DNA of 62,894 nucleotides, filler included, from an uncultured Methanosarcinales archaeon (GTDB lineage Archaea > Nanobdellota > Nanobdellia > Woesearchaeales > GW2011-AR9): the NCBI GenBank assembly GCA_964434885.1. It is 7 parts of 7 records of this genome, joined end to end, with 100 filler letters (N's around TTAATTAATTAA, not from the genome) between each part and the next. Parts side by side here need not be neighbours in the genome. Positions count along the whole stretch, not along the records: positions 30,130 to 39,653 come from CAYSWQ010000037.1; positions 39,754 to 49,277 come from CAYSWQ010000038.1; 5 more parts are not named here. One strand, written 5' to 3'. Numbering within the stretch: the first letter of the stretch is position 1; each line of letters opens with the position of its first letter. The notes under the pieces were generated by a model. It had not been told where the DNA came from. It did not search any database and saw nothing but the letters and a program-made list of their open reading frames with translations. This document shows positions 33,233 to 42,928 of this stretch, piece by piece. Made by a program: the position numbers and the translations under genes.

Positions 33233-34096
33233 ATGAAAAAGAAATCTTTACTAAAAAAACTGCAAGAGGACAATGGCCACGACTATTTGGGAACTGCTTT
33301 AGTTGTGAGAGGATCCAACTTAGAAAATAAGTTAGTTAAGATTGGAGAAACTCACAACGAAGTAAAAGCCGAATTAAATTACAACAAAGATACCTTCGCC
33401 CTATACCATGATGCTAGTGACATCTCTGACACTATCTTAGATACTTATCAAGAACTGATTGAAGAAGTTAGAAGCAGCAAATGGAAAGTGAAGAAGAATA
33501 GCAAAGCTCGGAAATTATTAAACCGAACTTCAGAGTGGTTTTATGAGGGGACAGATAGTGAAGATAGAACACTTATTGGTGGACTATTTAACTTTGCTTC
33601 GTTTGCCGTTTTTGGTCTTACTTCATTAGCAGTAGGAACAGCTTTACCATTAATTGGAGTCCCAGTAGTAGCAGCCGCAGGTTACGGAATCTTCCATCAC
33701 AGAACCAAACTAAAAGAAACAACAGCAAAATTCAAAGGAGATGAAATTAGATATTTAAAAGCAGTTCACGCATTGAATGCTTATGCTCAGATTATGGAGA
33801 AAGAAGTAGCTGATATTGAATATGATGATGAAGTTATTGCTGATTACTTAGTTGATAAGTATGGTAATGGTGGGATTCAAGAAGCAATTGACAAAGCTCA
33901 AAGAGAAGTAGCTCAAGTTAGAAACGCAACTGAGAAAATATTAACTACTGCTGGTATTGAACCTTGGGAAATGCCAGAAGATTATGTAATTTCTTCCCTA
34001 AGAAAAACATCTGTCTTAGATGAAATACTCAACCCAACTTACCAAGCACAATGTGTGGATGAAAAACCAACCCAAGAAGAAGTAGAGTTAAACTAG
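33233..34096 (+). CDS. hypothetical protein with central hydrophobic hairpin
   Basis: Two adjacent Gly/Ala-rich TM segments; co-oriented with the upstream ORF. Confidence 0.6.
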   Translation: MKKKSLLKKLQEDNGHDYLGTALVVRGSNLENKLVKIGETHNEVKAELNYNKDTFALYHDASDISDTILDTYQELIEEVRSSKWKVKKNSKARKLLNRTSEWFYEGTDSEDRTLIGGLFNFASFAVFGLTSLAVGTALPLIGVPVVAAAGYGIFHHRTKLKETTAKFKGDEIRYLKAVHALNAYAQIMEKEVADIEYDDEVIADYLVDKYGNGGIQEAIDKAQREVAQVRNATEKILTTAGIEPWEMPEDYVISSLRKTSVLDEILNPTYQAQCVDEKPTQEEVELN

Positions 34097-34807
34097 TTAT
34101 TTCAAAGTATAACCAACTTGTTGCTTCCCACCAGCATATGCTTGGTATAAGATTTCCTTCAAGGTTAAGGTAATTTCTCCGTTATAGGTGAAGCTTTCCC
34201 CTTCTTTCAGCCAATCTCCCCTAATATCATTTACCTTAATCTTGACGCGATCTCCTTCAAAATTATAGATTTGGATAATATAGTTCTTTTTGTTTAAGGT
34301 GATATTGCTAGTTTCCGTTAATTTTGTAACATACATTGTGTCTTTCACAACTTCTTCTTTTTTAGAATCATCTATTGCACTTGATTTAACCTCTACTGTT
34401 TTATTAACAGTCTCATTCTTCACTGGCTCAGGCAAACACTCCCCTTTCAAACAACCACCTGGACATCTCTTGGTATTAATCCAACCACAACTTTCAGTTT
34501 GATATCCCTTTTTATTCTCACTAATACACTTAAAACCAACTTCACAAACTTTACCTAGATTACATTTTCCATCCTTACATCCCAATCTACATTCTGTTTC
34601 TTGCGACCAATTACAATCACTTCCTAAATAACCTTTCTTCCACTTACCAATACACTTCCAACTTGCTTCACACTTGGAAGATTTATTCTCAACAACCAAT
34701 TTTGTTTGATTAACCACAGAAGCAGATTCATTCTCAACTTTCTGATCAACACTTCCAGTACAACCAATTAAAAAAACTAATATAAAAAAAACCACTAATA
34801 TTTTCAT
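34097..34807 (-). CDS. Cys-rich secreted lipoprotein-like surface protein
   Basis: LIGC lipobox; two C..WKC....KGY....C.W...C..GC..G.C repeats. Confidence 0.65.
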   Translation of the reverse strand: MKILVVFFILVFLIGCTGSVDQKVENESASVVNQTKLVVENKSSKCEASWKCIGKWKKGYLGSDCNWSQETECRLGCKDGKCNLGKVCEVGFKCISENKKGYQTESCGWINTKRCPGGCLKGECLPEPVKNETVNKTVEVKSSAIDDSKKEEVVKDTMYVTKLTETSNITLNKKNYIIQIYNFEGDRVKIKVNDIRGDWLKEGESFTYNGEITLTLKEILYQAYAGGKQQVGYTLK

Positions 34808-35706
34808 TTCTCCACCACATAAAATATTTCATTAACTTCATTGATAATCTTAAATGAATAACCCAAACGATCACACATTAATTCAATCCATTTACGTCGT
34901 GGTTTTTTCATCATTTTCCCAGAAACAGTTAGAGTAGGAAAACTAACTACAATAAATTTAGCAGGAATATTAGAAATTACTTCTTCACTTTTCTTATGCC
35001 CCTGACCACGATCAAGAACATCAGTCATTTTTAACAACAAACAAAGATCAACTGGTTTCAATTTCTTAATTTGATTTAATTTCAAATTATCTAATATTCC
35101 AGTTACTCCTTCAAAAGACTTATTGTTTTTACTCAAAACCCAAAAATATTTCTTCACTAAACTAATTTCTCTTTCATTAATATCATAAGCATAATACTTC
35201 AATTTACCTAACTTCATTAACGGTAAAGATAAAGGATTAATGCCACATCCCAAATCTAAAATACTTTTTGGTTTTCCAGTAATCTTAAACAACTTTGGAT
35301 AAAAGTGAGAATAAAAACCCAACCTTTCTTTTGTAGAAGAATGAGTTTCTAATAATTTTTTATGGATATCTACAACCTCCTTAGAAATGTTAAAATCCTT
35401 AAGGGGTGCCAACTGCCCCATCAACTCATCAAATATCTCTTCTCTTTTATCTAAATTCATTCCAAACAAACTATGGGCTCTTCTTAATTCAGCCCTTACT
35501 CTTTTAATAATCTCTTTATATTCTTTCGCTTTCGAAGTAAATTCTTTTTCTAGAAAACTAATTGCTTTGGCATTACTCGCCAAATGTTTTTTCAAATAAC
35601 TTTCAACAAAATTTTCCGCCAAATGCTGCAACTCTTTCTTTTTCTTAATGTCCTTAACCAATAACTCAACTTTTTCCGGTTTTATTTTCCGAGAACCTAT
35701 TTTCAT
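34804..35706 (-). CDS. ArmA/Rmt (FmrO) family 16S rRNA m7G1405 methyltransferase homologue
   Basis: HSSTKERL, ILDLGCGINPL, YAYDI, DLCLLLK, VVSFPT..SG; GAGGT RBS before ATG 35706. Confidence 0.75.
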   Translation of the reverse strand: MKIGSRKIKPEKVELLVKDIKKKKELQHLAENFVESYLKKHLASNAKAISFLEKEFTSKAKEYKEIIKRVRAELRRAHSLFGMNLDKREEIFDELMGQLAPLKDFNISKEVVDIHKKLLETHSSTKERLGFYSHFYPKLFKITGKPKSILDLGCGINPLSLPLMKLGKLKYYAYDINEREISLVKKYFWVLSKNNKSFEGVTGILDNLKLNQIKKLKPVDLCLLLKMTDVLDRGQGHKKSEEVISNIPAKFIVVSFPTLTVSGKMMKKPRRKWIELMCDRLGYSFKIINEVNEIFYVVEK

Positions 35707-35773
35707 TTTACCTCTTTTAATATAATTATCACAATACATTAATCTTTATAAATTTGTTGTTGGTAGAAAAACC

Positions 35774-36028
35774 ATGAGTCTCAAAATAATTATTGATGAA
35801 ATGGGAAATGATAAATACTCCCGGATGGAAAAGAAATTAGCAGAACTGGGAAGAGAAACTGGAAGTAAAACCTATAAACCAATGCGTGTTACAACAGTTA
35901 CTGAAATAAAAGGTACTATTTATTGTGGAGTCACCTTAACTGAAACTAAAGACTCTTCTCTTCCTTCAGAAGAACACAAAAAAAATCTCCGTCACTTCCT
36001 AGATTATTTAGTGGAATTAGAAGCTTAA
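35774..36028 (+). CDS. hypothetical protein
   Basis: 84-aa ORF after a TTTATAAA box. Confidence 0.45.
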   Translation: MSLKIIIDEMGNDKYSRMEKKLAELGRETGSKTYKPMRVTTVTEIKGTIYCGVTLTETKDSSLPSEEHKKNLRHFLDYLVELEA

Positions 36029-36068
36029 AAAAGTTAAATTTATAATAAACCATTATATTCTCTTTACA

Positions 36069-36701
36069 ATGAATCTAAAAAAAGCCTGGAATTTCTTTTG
36101 GCATAGTGATTCTCCTTGGAGTTGGCTAGCAAATATTGTGGTCGCTTTCGTTCTAATCAAATACTTAATCTACCCTCTCCTCGGATTAATAATGGGAACT
36201 GGATTTCCTATTGTTGCAGTTGTTTCCGAAAGTATGGAACACGGAGTACACAATAATGTTCTGTGTGGTCAACAATTAGTTAATTACCGAGATTCCTATG
36301 ACAATTATTGGAAAGTTTGTGGTGGTTGGTATGAAAAAAACAATATCACTAAAGACCAATTCCAAAAATTCTCTTTCAACAAAGGATTCTATAAGGGAGA
36401 TATAATTATAGTCTGGGGAACTAAACCCAAAAATCTGAAACTAGGAGATGTACTAATCTTTCAAGGCCATAAACCTCAACCTTTAATCCATAGAATTATA
36501 AAAACCGAACAAGAAAACGGAAAATATTATTTCTACACTAAAGGAGACCATAACTCAGATATTCTTCCAAATAGTATAGAAAGTAAAATTCCCGAAAACA
36601 GACTTCTCGGTAGAGGAATTATTAGAATCCCTTATTTGGGTTGGGTTAAAATTTTATTTGTTCAAGCTGTTAAACCTTTGGGAATTAATATCAATACCTA
36701 A
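36069..36701 (+). CDS. signal peptidase I, archaeal Sec11 type
   Basis: VVSESM (Ser), GDII, LIHRII (His), TKGDHN, IPYLGW. Confidence 0.88.
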   Translation: MNLKKAWNFFWHSDSPWSWLANIVVAFVLIKYLIYPLLGLIMGTGFPIVAVVSESMEHGVHNNVLCGQQLVNYRDSYDNYWKVCGGWYEKNNITKDQFQKFSFNKGFYKGDIIIVWGTKPKNLKLGDVLIFQGHKPQPLIHRIIKTEQENGKYYFYTKGDHNSDILPNSIESKIPENRLLGRGIIRIPYLGWVKILFVQAVKPLGININT

Positions 36702-36989
36702 TTATTGCAAATACAAATAAAAGTTCAAAAAAGCCCCAATGCCCCATAATGCAGAAGCAGAATAAGCTAAATGAGATCCTACTTTTGGTTTCTTTTCCAT
36801 CACATATTCAACACAAGAAGTCGCAAATATTTTAGTTAACAATAAAGCAGGAATATAATGGACATTTTCTGAAATCAAATGGATCAAAGGGTTTGCTTCT
36901 ACATCTATTCCATATTTCATCATATTCTCCGCAGTGAAAACTACATCTGCCAGACCAGTAGAGTACAAACATTTTCTTTCGAGACCCAT
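36702..36989 (-). CDS. small membrane protein (DUF5658-like)
   Basis: D..FT....G..EANP motif and hydrophobic helices. Confidence 0.5.
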   Translation of the reverse strand: MGLERKCLYSTGLADVVFTAENMMKYGIDVEANPLIHLISENVHYIPALLLTKIFATSCVEYVMEKKPKVGSHLAYSASALWGIGAFLNFYLYLQ

Positions 36990-37137
36990 AATAAAAAACC
37001 ACTTAACAGAATATAATCTCTATGCCCTCCCAATATAATAATTCACTGCCAGAATTTTTTATCAATTTGCAGTTTTATAGATATAAGACAATTAAAAACC
37101 AAAGCTTTTTTAAATACATATTAAATTCTCATTTAAA

Positions 37138-37485
37138 ATGATATTTTGTCCAAAGTGTGGGTCAATCTTAAGACCCAAAGAGAAATCAGGAAAGAAAATC
37201 TTCTGGTGTAATTGTGGATTTACTAAAGATTTAGAAGAAGAAAAGAAAGAATCTCAAGAAACACAGTTAGACGAAGAAAAAGTTGAAGAAACTAAACCTG
37301 AAGAAAGTAAAAGATTAGAAATTGTAGAAAAAATAGAAACTCATCCTAAAGTTAAAGCTGATTGTGGAAAATGTGGTAACAAGGAAGCTTATTATTGGAC
37401 ACAACAAACCAGAGCAGCAGATGAACCAGAAACTAGGTTCTTTAAATGCACTGAATGTGAACATACTTGGAGAGAGTATTCCTAA
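37138..37485 (+). CDS. tfs: transcription factor S (TFS/RpoM)
   Basis: FCPKCGSIL and C..CGN.EAYYW..QTRAADEPETRFFKCTEC.HTWREY. Confidence 0.95.
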   Translation: MIFCPKCGSILRPKEKSGKKIFWCNCGFTKDLEEEKKESQETQLDEEKVEETKPEESKRLEIVEKIETHPKVKADCGKCGNKEAYYWTQQTRAADEPETRFFKCTECEHTWREYS

Positions 37486-37982
37486 TGGAATTCAATTTTT
37501 ATCAACAATTAGAAGAATCTCAGATTTTTCAAGATTGGAAAAAAGATAATCCTAATGATTATTTAGTTCATTTCTATAATCAGATTAATAGTGCTTTTCA
37601 AACCAATGCCGATTGGGAAGTTGGTTTTTATAATCCAGATCAAGATAAGATTACTATTTTCATAATTGGAAATGAAATCTCAATCAAGCCACAAGAAGAT
37701 GCTTTCAAGAAAGAAGGGAAAGTAGAACAACTTAATCTAGAAAAAATCAAAGTAGATTTCGAACAATCTATCGAAGAATTTAAGAAAATAAAAGAAGATA
37801 AATATTCTCCCGAAGTAATGCTTAATGGATTTATTATTTTACAGAACTTCCAAGATAAACTAATGTGGAATGTCTCTTTCGCTTTAAAATCAATGAACAT
37901 TCTAAATGTAAAAATCAATGCCGAAACCAAAGAGATTATTTCTGACCAGGCCATTAATTTCATTGAAAGAAAATCTGGCTGA
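37485..37982 (+). CDS. hypothetical protein
   Basis: TAATG coupling to tfs; PepSY-like C-terminus (VKINAETKEI). Confidence 0.6.
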   Translation: MEFNFYQQLEESQIFQDWKKDNPNDYLVHFYNQINSAFQTNADWEVGFYNPDQDKITIFIIGNEISIKPQEDAFKKEGKVEQLNLEKIKVDFEQSIEEFKKIKEDKYSPEVMLNGFIILQNFQDKLMWNVSFALKSMNILNVKINAETKEIISDQAINFIERKSG

Positions 37983-38416
37983 ATTAAATGATGAAAGAAG
38001 CAAGTGAAGAATATATTAAGAAAATTACTAAAATGGGGGACGATCATTTTAAGAAATATGGTCGAAGAAAGATGAATCTGAAAGAATTTAATCAACTTTT
38101 TAAGTTAGATAAGATATAATTCTTTTCCCTATTGCAAATTATTTCTAGAGTAGTAAATCCATTTTATTTATTCTAGTGGTATCGGATTCCAGTATATATT
38201 TTGTAAAGCAATATTATTTATATATGAGCTACGCTTCTTAATTTTCATTGATAGATGTATACCAAAGGGGAATTAGAATACCAATTCCCTATGGTATTTT
38301 TTTTAGAAAGAGGTGGTTAAAATAGCAGATAAAGTTTCTTATAAGGCACAACAACAATGCATGGATTTAAATTCTTTCTTTGACAAAAAAGGAAAGAAAG
38401 TTGAAGAATCAGAGAA

Positions 38417-39103
38417 TTAAAATTCCATATATTTTTTTATTTCTTCATAAATTTCTTCATGGATAGAATCAATAGTTTTAGGTTGATCTCCTTCAAAACA
38501 AATTACTTTTTTCCAATTCTCAATAGAATCATTATTCAAGCAATAAAAATAAGCTTTCTCTGCATCTTGTAAATGACCAATGTCTGCTTCATGGATGTCT
38601 CTTTTTTCTCCCTGTGTATATTCACGAGCTTCTTTCATATCAACTAACTTCTGACCAATTTCAGGAGACATATGGATAAATAAAGTTAGATCTGGAATGG
38701 GGATATTCAATACACTATACTCGATTTCATTAATCCAATCAAGAAATTTTTGTCTTTCTTCATCAGTATTTAACTTACCTAATTGATGTCCCTTGTTAGC
38801 AGAAGTATAGCGATTAGCCAAAACTATTTTACCTTCTTCCAACCATTGTCTAATTTGAAAACTCGCTGCATAACGATCTAGAGCATAAAATAAAGAAGCT
38901 TGTTTAGCCTTAACTTCTTTTGCTCCACCAAACTCTCCTCGCAGATATCTTTCTACAAACTGAGAAGACCAATTCCCATATTGTGGAAAATCAGCTATTT
39001 CCACTTGATAACCTTCTTTTCTTAATCTTGCACATAATAAATTAACTTGAGTCCCTTTACCAGAACCATCAGTACCATCTAGAACAATAAATTTACCTCT
39101 CAT
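38417..39103 (-). CDS. tmk: thymidylate kinase
   Basis: FIVLDGTDGSGKGTQ, FYALDR, LANRY, PDLT. Confidence 0.9.
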   Translation of the reverse strand: MRGKFIVLDGTDGSGKGTQVNLLCARLRKEGYQVEIADFPQYGNWSSQFVERYLRGEFGGAKEVKAKQASLFYALDRYAASFQIRQWLEEGKIVLANRYTSANKGHQLGKLNTDEERQKFLDWINEIEYSVLNIPIPDLTLFIHMSPEIGQKLVDMKEAREYTQGEKRDIHEADIGHLQDAEKAYFYCLNNDSIENWKKVICFEGDQPKTIDSIHEEIYEEIKKYMEF

Positions 39104-39199
39104 AACCTCTAAAAAGAACAACTAATATTTAAATAATATTGTATTGGACATACTAAAGAATAAAAATCTATATATAGTTAAATCGAATTCCAAAGTTCA

Positions 39200-39653
39200 A
39201 TGAATAAAATTGTTTGCTTAGTGGGAATGTGTGGTTCTGGAAAAAGCGTAGTTGCTGATGAATTAATAAAAAATGGTTTTTTATTTGCTCGTTTTGGACA
39301 GATTACTTTGGATCTTGTAAAAGAAAAAAGTTTAGAACCTACTGAAGCCAACGAAAGAACCATTAGAGAAAATATTAGAAAAGAACATGGGATGGGTGCT
39401 TTTGCTATTTTAAATCTGCCGAAATTTAATAAATTATTAGAACAAGGTAACTTGGTAGCTGATGGATTATATAGTTGGACAGAATATAAAATTCTAAAAA
39501 AAGAATATGGAAATAGAATGACTGTTGTAGCTATTCTTACTCCACCAAAACTTAGATATTCTAGATTAACTGCTAGAACAGTAATTGATGAACAAATGCG
39601 TAATCGACCAATTAGCGAATCAGAAGCTCAAGCTAGAGATGTTGCTGAAATTG
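39200..39653 (+). CDS. P-loop nucleotide kinase (dephospho-CoA kinase-like), 3'-truncated
   Basis: GMCGSGKS, VADGLYSW.EY, RY.RL. Confidence 0.75.
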
Positions 39654-39753
39654 NNNNNNNNNNNNNNNNNNNNNNNNNNNNNNNNNNNNNNNNNNNNTTA
39701 ATTAATTAANNNNNNNNNNNNNNNNNNNNNNNNNNNNNNNNNNNNNNNNNNNN

Positions 39754-40265
39754 TGGTTGATAAGAAAGGCAATACTTATACTCAAAAAAGTTCTTCTGAT
39801 GAAATTAATGAAGCTAATGAATTTAAGAATGTAGTTGATAATTATTTGTCTTCCAAAGAAGGTAAAAATTTGGTTAGTTATTTGTCGGGTAAAGGAAAAG
39901 AACCTGCTGAAATAGTAAAATATGGTGCTGGGCCATTAGGGAAGAATACTGTGGCAGCAGTAGCAAAAAGTGATTTAGAAACTACAATTTTGGCTAATTA
40001 TCAAGATGGAAAAGGTTTTGATTGTAGAACTAAAGATTTTGCCAAATTGTATCAACTTAATCAGAAAGAAGCTCAAGAATATGTTTTGTCTCATGAGATA
40101 GTACATACTGCAAGGTATACAACAGAAAGAGGAACTGAGCAATTATTAGAAACTTATTTTACAGAATTAGCAGAGAAAAGTATAGGTAAAGAAAAAATTA
40201 AATATACAAAATTAGCTCAAGTTGCAAAAATAAGAAAAGAAGAAGCAAAAGAAACGGTAAATTAA
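39754..40265 (+). CDS. hypothetical protein with HExxH motif, 5'-truncated
   Basis: YVLSHEIVH...TE. Confidence 0.5.
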
Positions 40266-40486
40266 CTTTCCAAATCTTTTAACATTTTATCGATTTCATC
40301 AATATCTGCAGTGGTATCTAGGTCTTTTTCTAATTGATCAATATCTGATGTATCTACACTAGATTCAGTAGCAGAGCCTGTTGTGGTTGTTGTACTAGTA
40401 GATTTGCTTTTTTTATCCATAGTTAGACATCCTAACATTAATGTTGAAATCACAATCAAAGAAACTAATATGGTTATTTTTTTCAT
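40262..40486 (-). CDS. small lipoprotein-like protein
   Basis: LGC lipobox, Thr/Ser linker; GGAGG RBS. Confidence 0.65.
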   Translation of the reverse strand: MKKITILVSLIVISTLMLGCLTMDKKSKSTSTTTTTGSATESSVDTSDIDQLEKDLDTTADIDEIDKMLKDLES

Positions 40487-40537
40487 TTTGAAACCTCCTT
40501 TTAATTAAAAAGAAAAAAAAGAAATTTAAAAACTTTT

Positions 40538-41593
40538 CTATGAAATTACTACTGCTTTATCACTTTTAGCTTTCTTTTCTTCTACTTTAGCTTTTTCTGC
40601 TGCTTTTTTATCTTTAAGTTCTCCTTTTAATTCTTTTAGGATTTCTCTTAGATCTTTCTTAATGTCTTTAATGCTGTCTCTAGCTTTTTTCTGTAAAGCA
40701 TGTGCTTCTTTGATTGCTTTGTTTGTATCTTGAGCAGTTTTTGCTTCTTTGAATTTTGTTTTAGCTAAATTCCAGTTTTTCTTTGCTTCAGCTAATTTTG
40801 CTTTAAAGCTTTTCAAAGCAGCATCTAATTTAGTTGTATCTTGGCCTTTTGCTTTTAATCGGTCTCGAGCTGCAGTAAATTGTTTTTCCAATTGTTCAAT
40901 TTTTACAACTAAATTACCTAATTTAGCATTAACTAAATTACCTGCTCCTCTTTTCATCAAAGGTTTAGTTTTACTCCAAGATTTTTTGATAGATTGAACT
41001 GCGGCTTTAATTTCTTCATCTGTAGCTTCAGATTTATTCTCTAAAGTTGTTTTAGCTTTCTTGATTTCTTCAATTTGGGCTTTAACTTTAGCTAATAATT
41101 CTGTTTTTTCAATACTATCCATATCAGAATCTTCTACTCTATTTTGTAATTTATTTAGGTTTTCTAAGATTACATCAGATAAATGCATCAAGTTTTTCCG
41201 AGCGTGTTTCCGATATTCTTTTTTAGCACTACAATTGGTTTCTTTACAATCTTTTACTTTCTTTTTCCATTCTATAACTTTGTCTTTAGAGCCTTTGTAA
41301 TCTTTTTTTGCTTTGGCATAATTTGCTTTTATTCCCAAAAACTGTTCTCTTAACTTTTTTCTTTTTTCGTTAAGTTTTTGGATGGCAACTCTTTTTTGAG
41401 ATCCATTCAATTCTTTGTTTTGGGCAATCAATCTTTTTTCTTGGTTTACTTTTTTTACATCATCACCCATATGTAATCCAATTTTTTTGTTTTCTTTCTT
41501 TGCAGTATCAACTGCTTCTTCTGCTAAGGCAGCCGGAATCATTCCAACAATAAAGATTACTAATACTGCCAGCACACTTATTTTTTTTAGCAT
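40538..41593 (-). CDS. secreted Lys-rich coiled-coil protein
   Basis: Signal peptide ending ALA; long heptad helices; GGAGGTG RBS. Confidence 0.7.
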   Translation of the reverse strand: MLKKISVLAVLVIFIVGMIPAALAEEAVDTAKKENKKIGLHMGDDVKKVNQEKRLIAQNKELNGSQKRVAIQKLNEKRKKLREQFLGIKANYAKAKKDYKGSKDKVIEWKKKVKDCKETNCSAKKEYRKHARKNLMHLSDVILENLNKLQNRVEDSDMDSIEKTELLAKVKAQIEEIKKAKTTLENKSEATDEEIKAAVQSIKKSWSKTKPLMKRGAGNLVNAKLGNLVVKIEQLEKQFTAARDRLKAKGQDTTKLDAALKSFKAKLAEAKKNWNLAKTKFKEAKTAQDTNKAIKEAHALQKKARDSIKDIKKDLREILKELKGELKDKKAAEKAKVEEKKAKSDKAVVIS

Positions 41594-41884
41594 TTTTCAT
41601 GCACCTCCAAATGTTTATATTTTTTCATAAATATGGAGTTTCCCAGGATTTCTGGGAAGCCCCACATATCTTCCATACCTACTCTCTGGAGAAATTTCTT
41701 TATAAAGATACTTTCAAAAATACTTAATATAAAGCTTTATTTTGTCTTTTAAAACTTAAATAAGCTTAAAATTGGCTTTATTTGTTTATTGGGAGTAAAA
41801 TATTTACTTTTTTTTAATAAACTTGTTAATTAGTGATATTTTAATACCAATATCTTTTTATATCAGTATTAATCATGAGATAAA

Positions 41885-42772
41885 ATGAATCAAAATAAAT
41901 GGATATTAATGGGTATTTTTTTAATATTTGTGCCCATTATTCAAGCAGCAACAATTCATGGAACTTTGTATGATCTTAATTTAGATCCTGTAAAAGATGC
42001 ATTAGTTATAATTAATACAGTTCCACAGCAACAATATTTATCTAAAGATGGGACTTATTCTTTTGAAGTTTCTAAAGGAACATATACTTTGGTAGCAAAA
42101 AATCAAAATCTTTTGAGTAAAGATCAGGTCAAAATTGATAAAGAAGGTAAATTTGTTTATGATGTATTTATGTTAGATAGTTTTTCTGAAGAAGACCAGA
42201 TTTTTGCTGATGCAGGTTCATTAAATGTTAGCGAAGAAAAAAAAGGATTTGCTAAATATCCTTTATGGACTTGGTTATTGGCAATAGGAATGATTCTTAT
42301 TTTGATTGGTCGTGCAGTTTTGATTAAAAAGAAATTTGAGCGGAAAAATGGTAGTCAAGAGATAAAAGTGACAATGAAAAAGGAAGCAGAAAAGAAAAGT
42401 GATGTTTATGAGAAGAAAGAAGTTGAAGAAAAGAAAGTAGGAGAAGTAAGAGGTAAAGTAGGAACTGAAGAGAGAAAAGAGGGTCAAGTTGAAGAGAAAT
42501 TAGAAAATAATGAAGATAATATAGATGAAAATAAAGTTGGTGAAACATTAGGTGATGATAATTTTGAAGAAGAAGATGAAGAACCAGATTATTTGAACAA
42601 TACTTTAGATATAATTAAGAAGAATGAAGGTAGAATTACTCAAAAAAAGTTGAGAAAAGAAATGATGCATTTATCTGAAGGGAAAGTAAGCCTCATTTTA
42701 ACTGAATTAGAACATAAAGGTTTGATTGAAAAGGTTAAAAGAGGAAGAGGAAATGTTATTTTGTTGAAGTGA
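41885..42772 (+). CDS. membrane-anchored protein: extracellular beta-sandwich, TM, C-terminal wHTH (COG2512-like)
   Basis: Signal peptide; GRITQKKLRK...SEGKVSLILTELE.KGLIEKVKRGRGN. Confidence 0.75.
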   Translation: MNQNKWILMGIFLIFVPIIQAATIHGTLYDLNLDPVKDALVIINTVPQQQYLSKDGTYSFEVSKGTYTLVAKNQNLLSKDQVKIDKEGKFVYDVFMLDSFSEEDQIFADAGSLNVSEEKKGFAKYPLWTWLLAIGMILILIGRAVLIKKKFERKNGSQEIKVTMKKEAEKKSDVYEKKEVEEKKVGEVRGKVGTEERKEGQVEEKLENNEDNIDENKVGETLGDDNFEEEDEEPDYLNNTLDIIKKNEGRITQKKLRKEMMHLSEGKVSLILTELEHKGLIEKVKRGRGNVILLK

Positions 42773-42928
42773 GTTATTGGTTTTTAATTACAAGATAAGA
42801 AAGGGATTATTTTATCTTATTTCAAAGATTAAATTTTAACAATTTTTTTTATTCGAACATAATTATTTCTTACTTTTAACATACAAACTATCATAAAACT
42901 TATATATTTTGATTCTAAATAGTTTATT

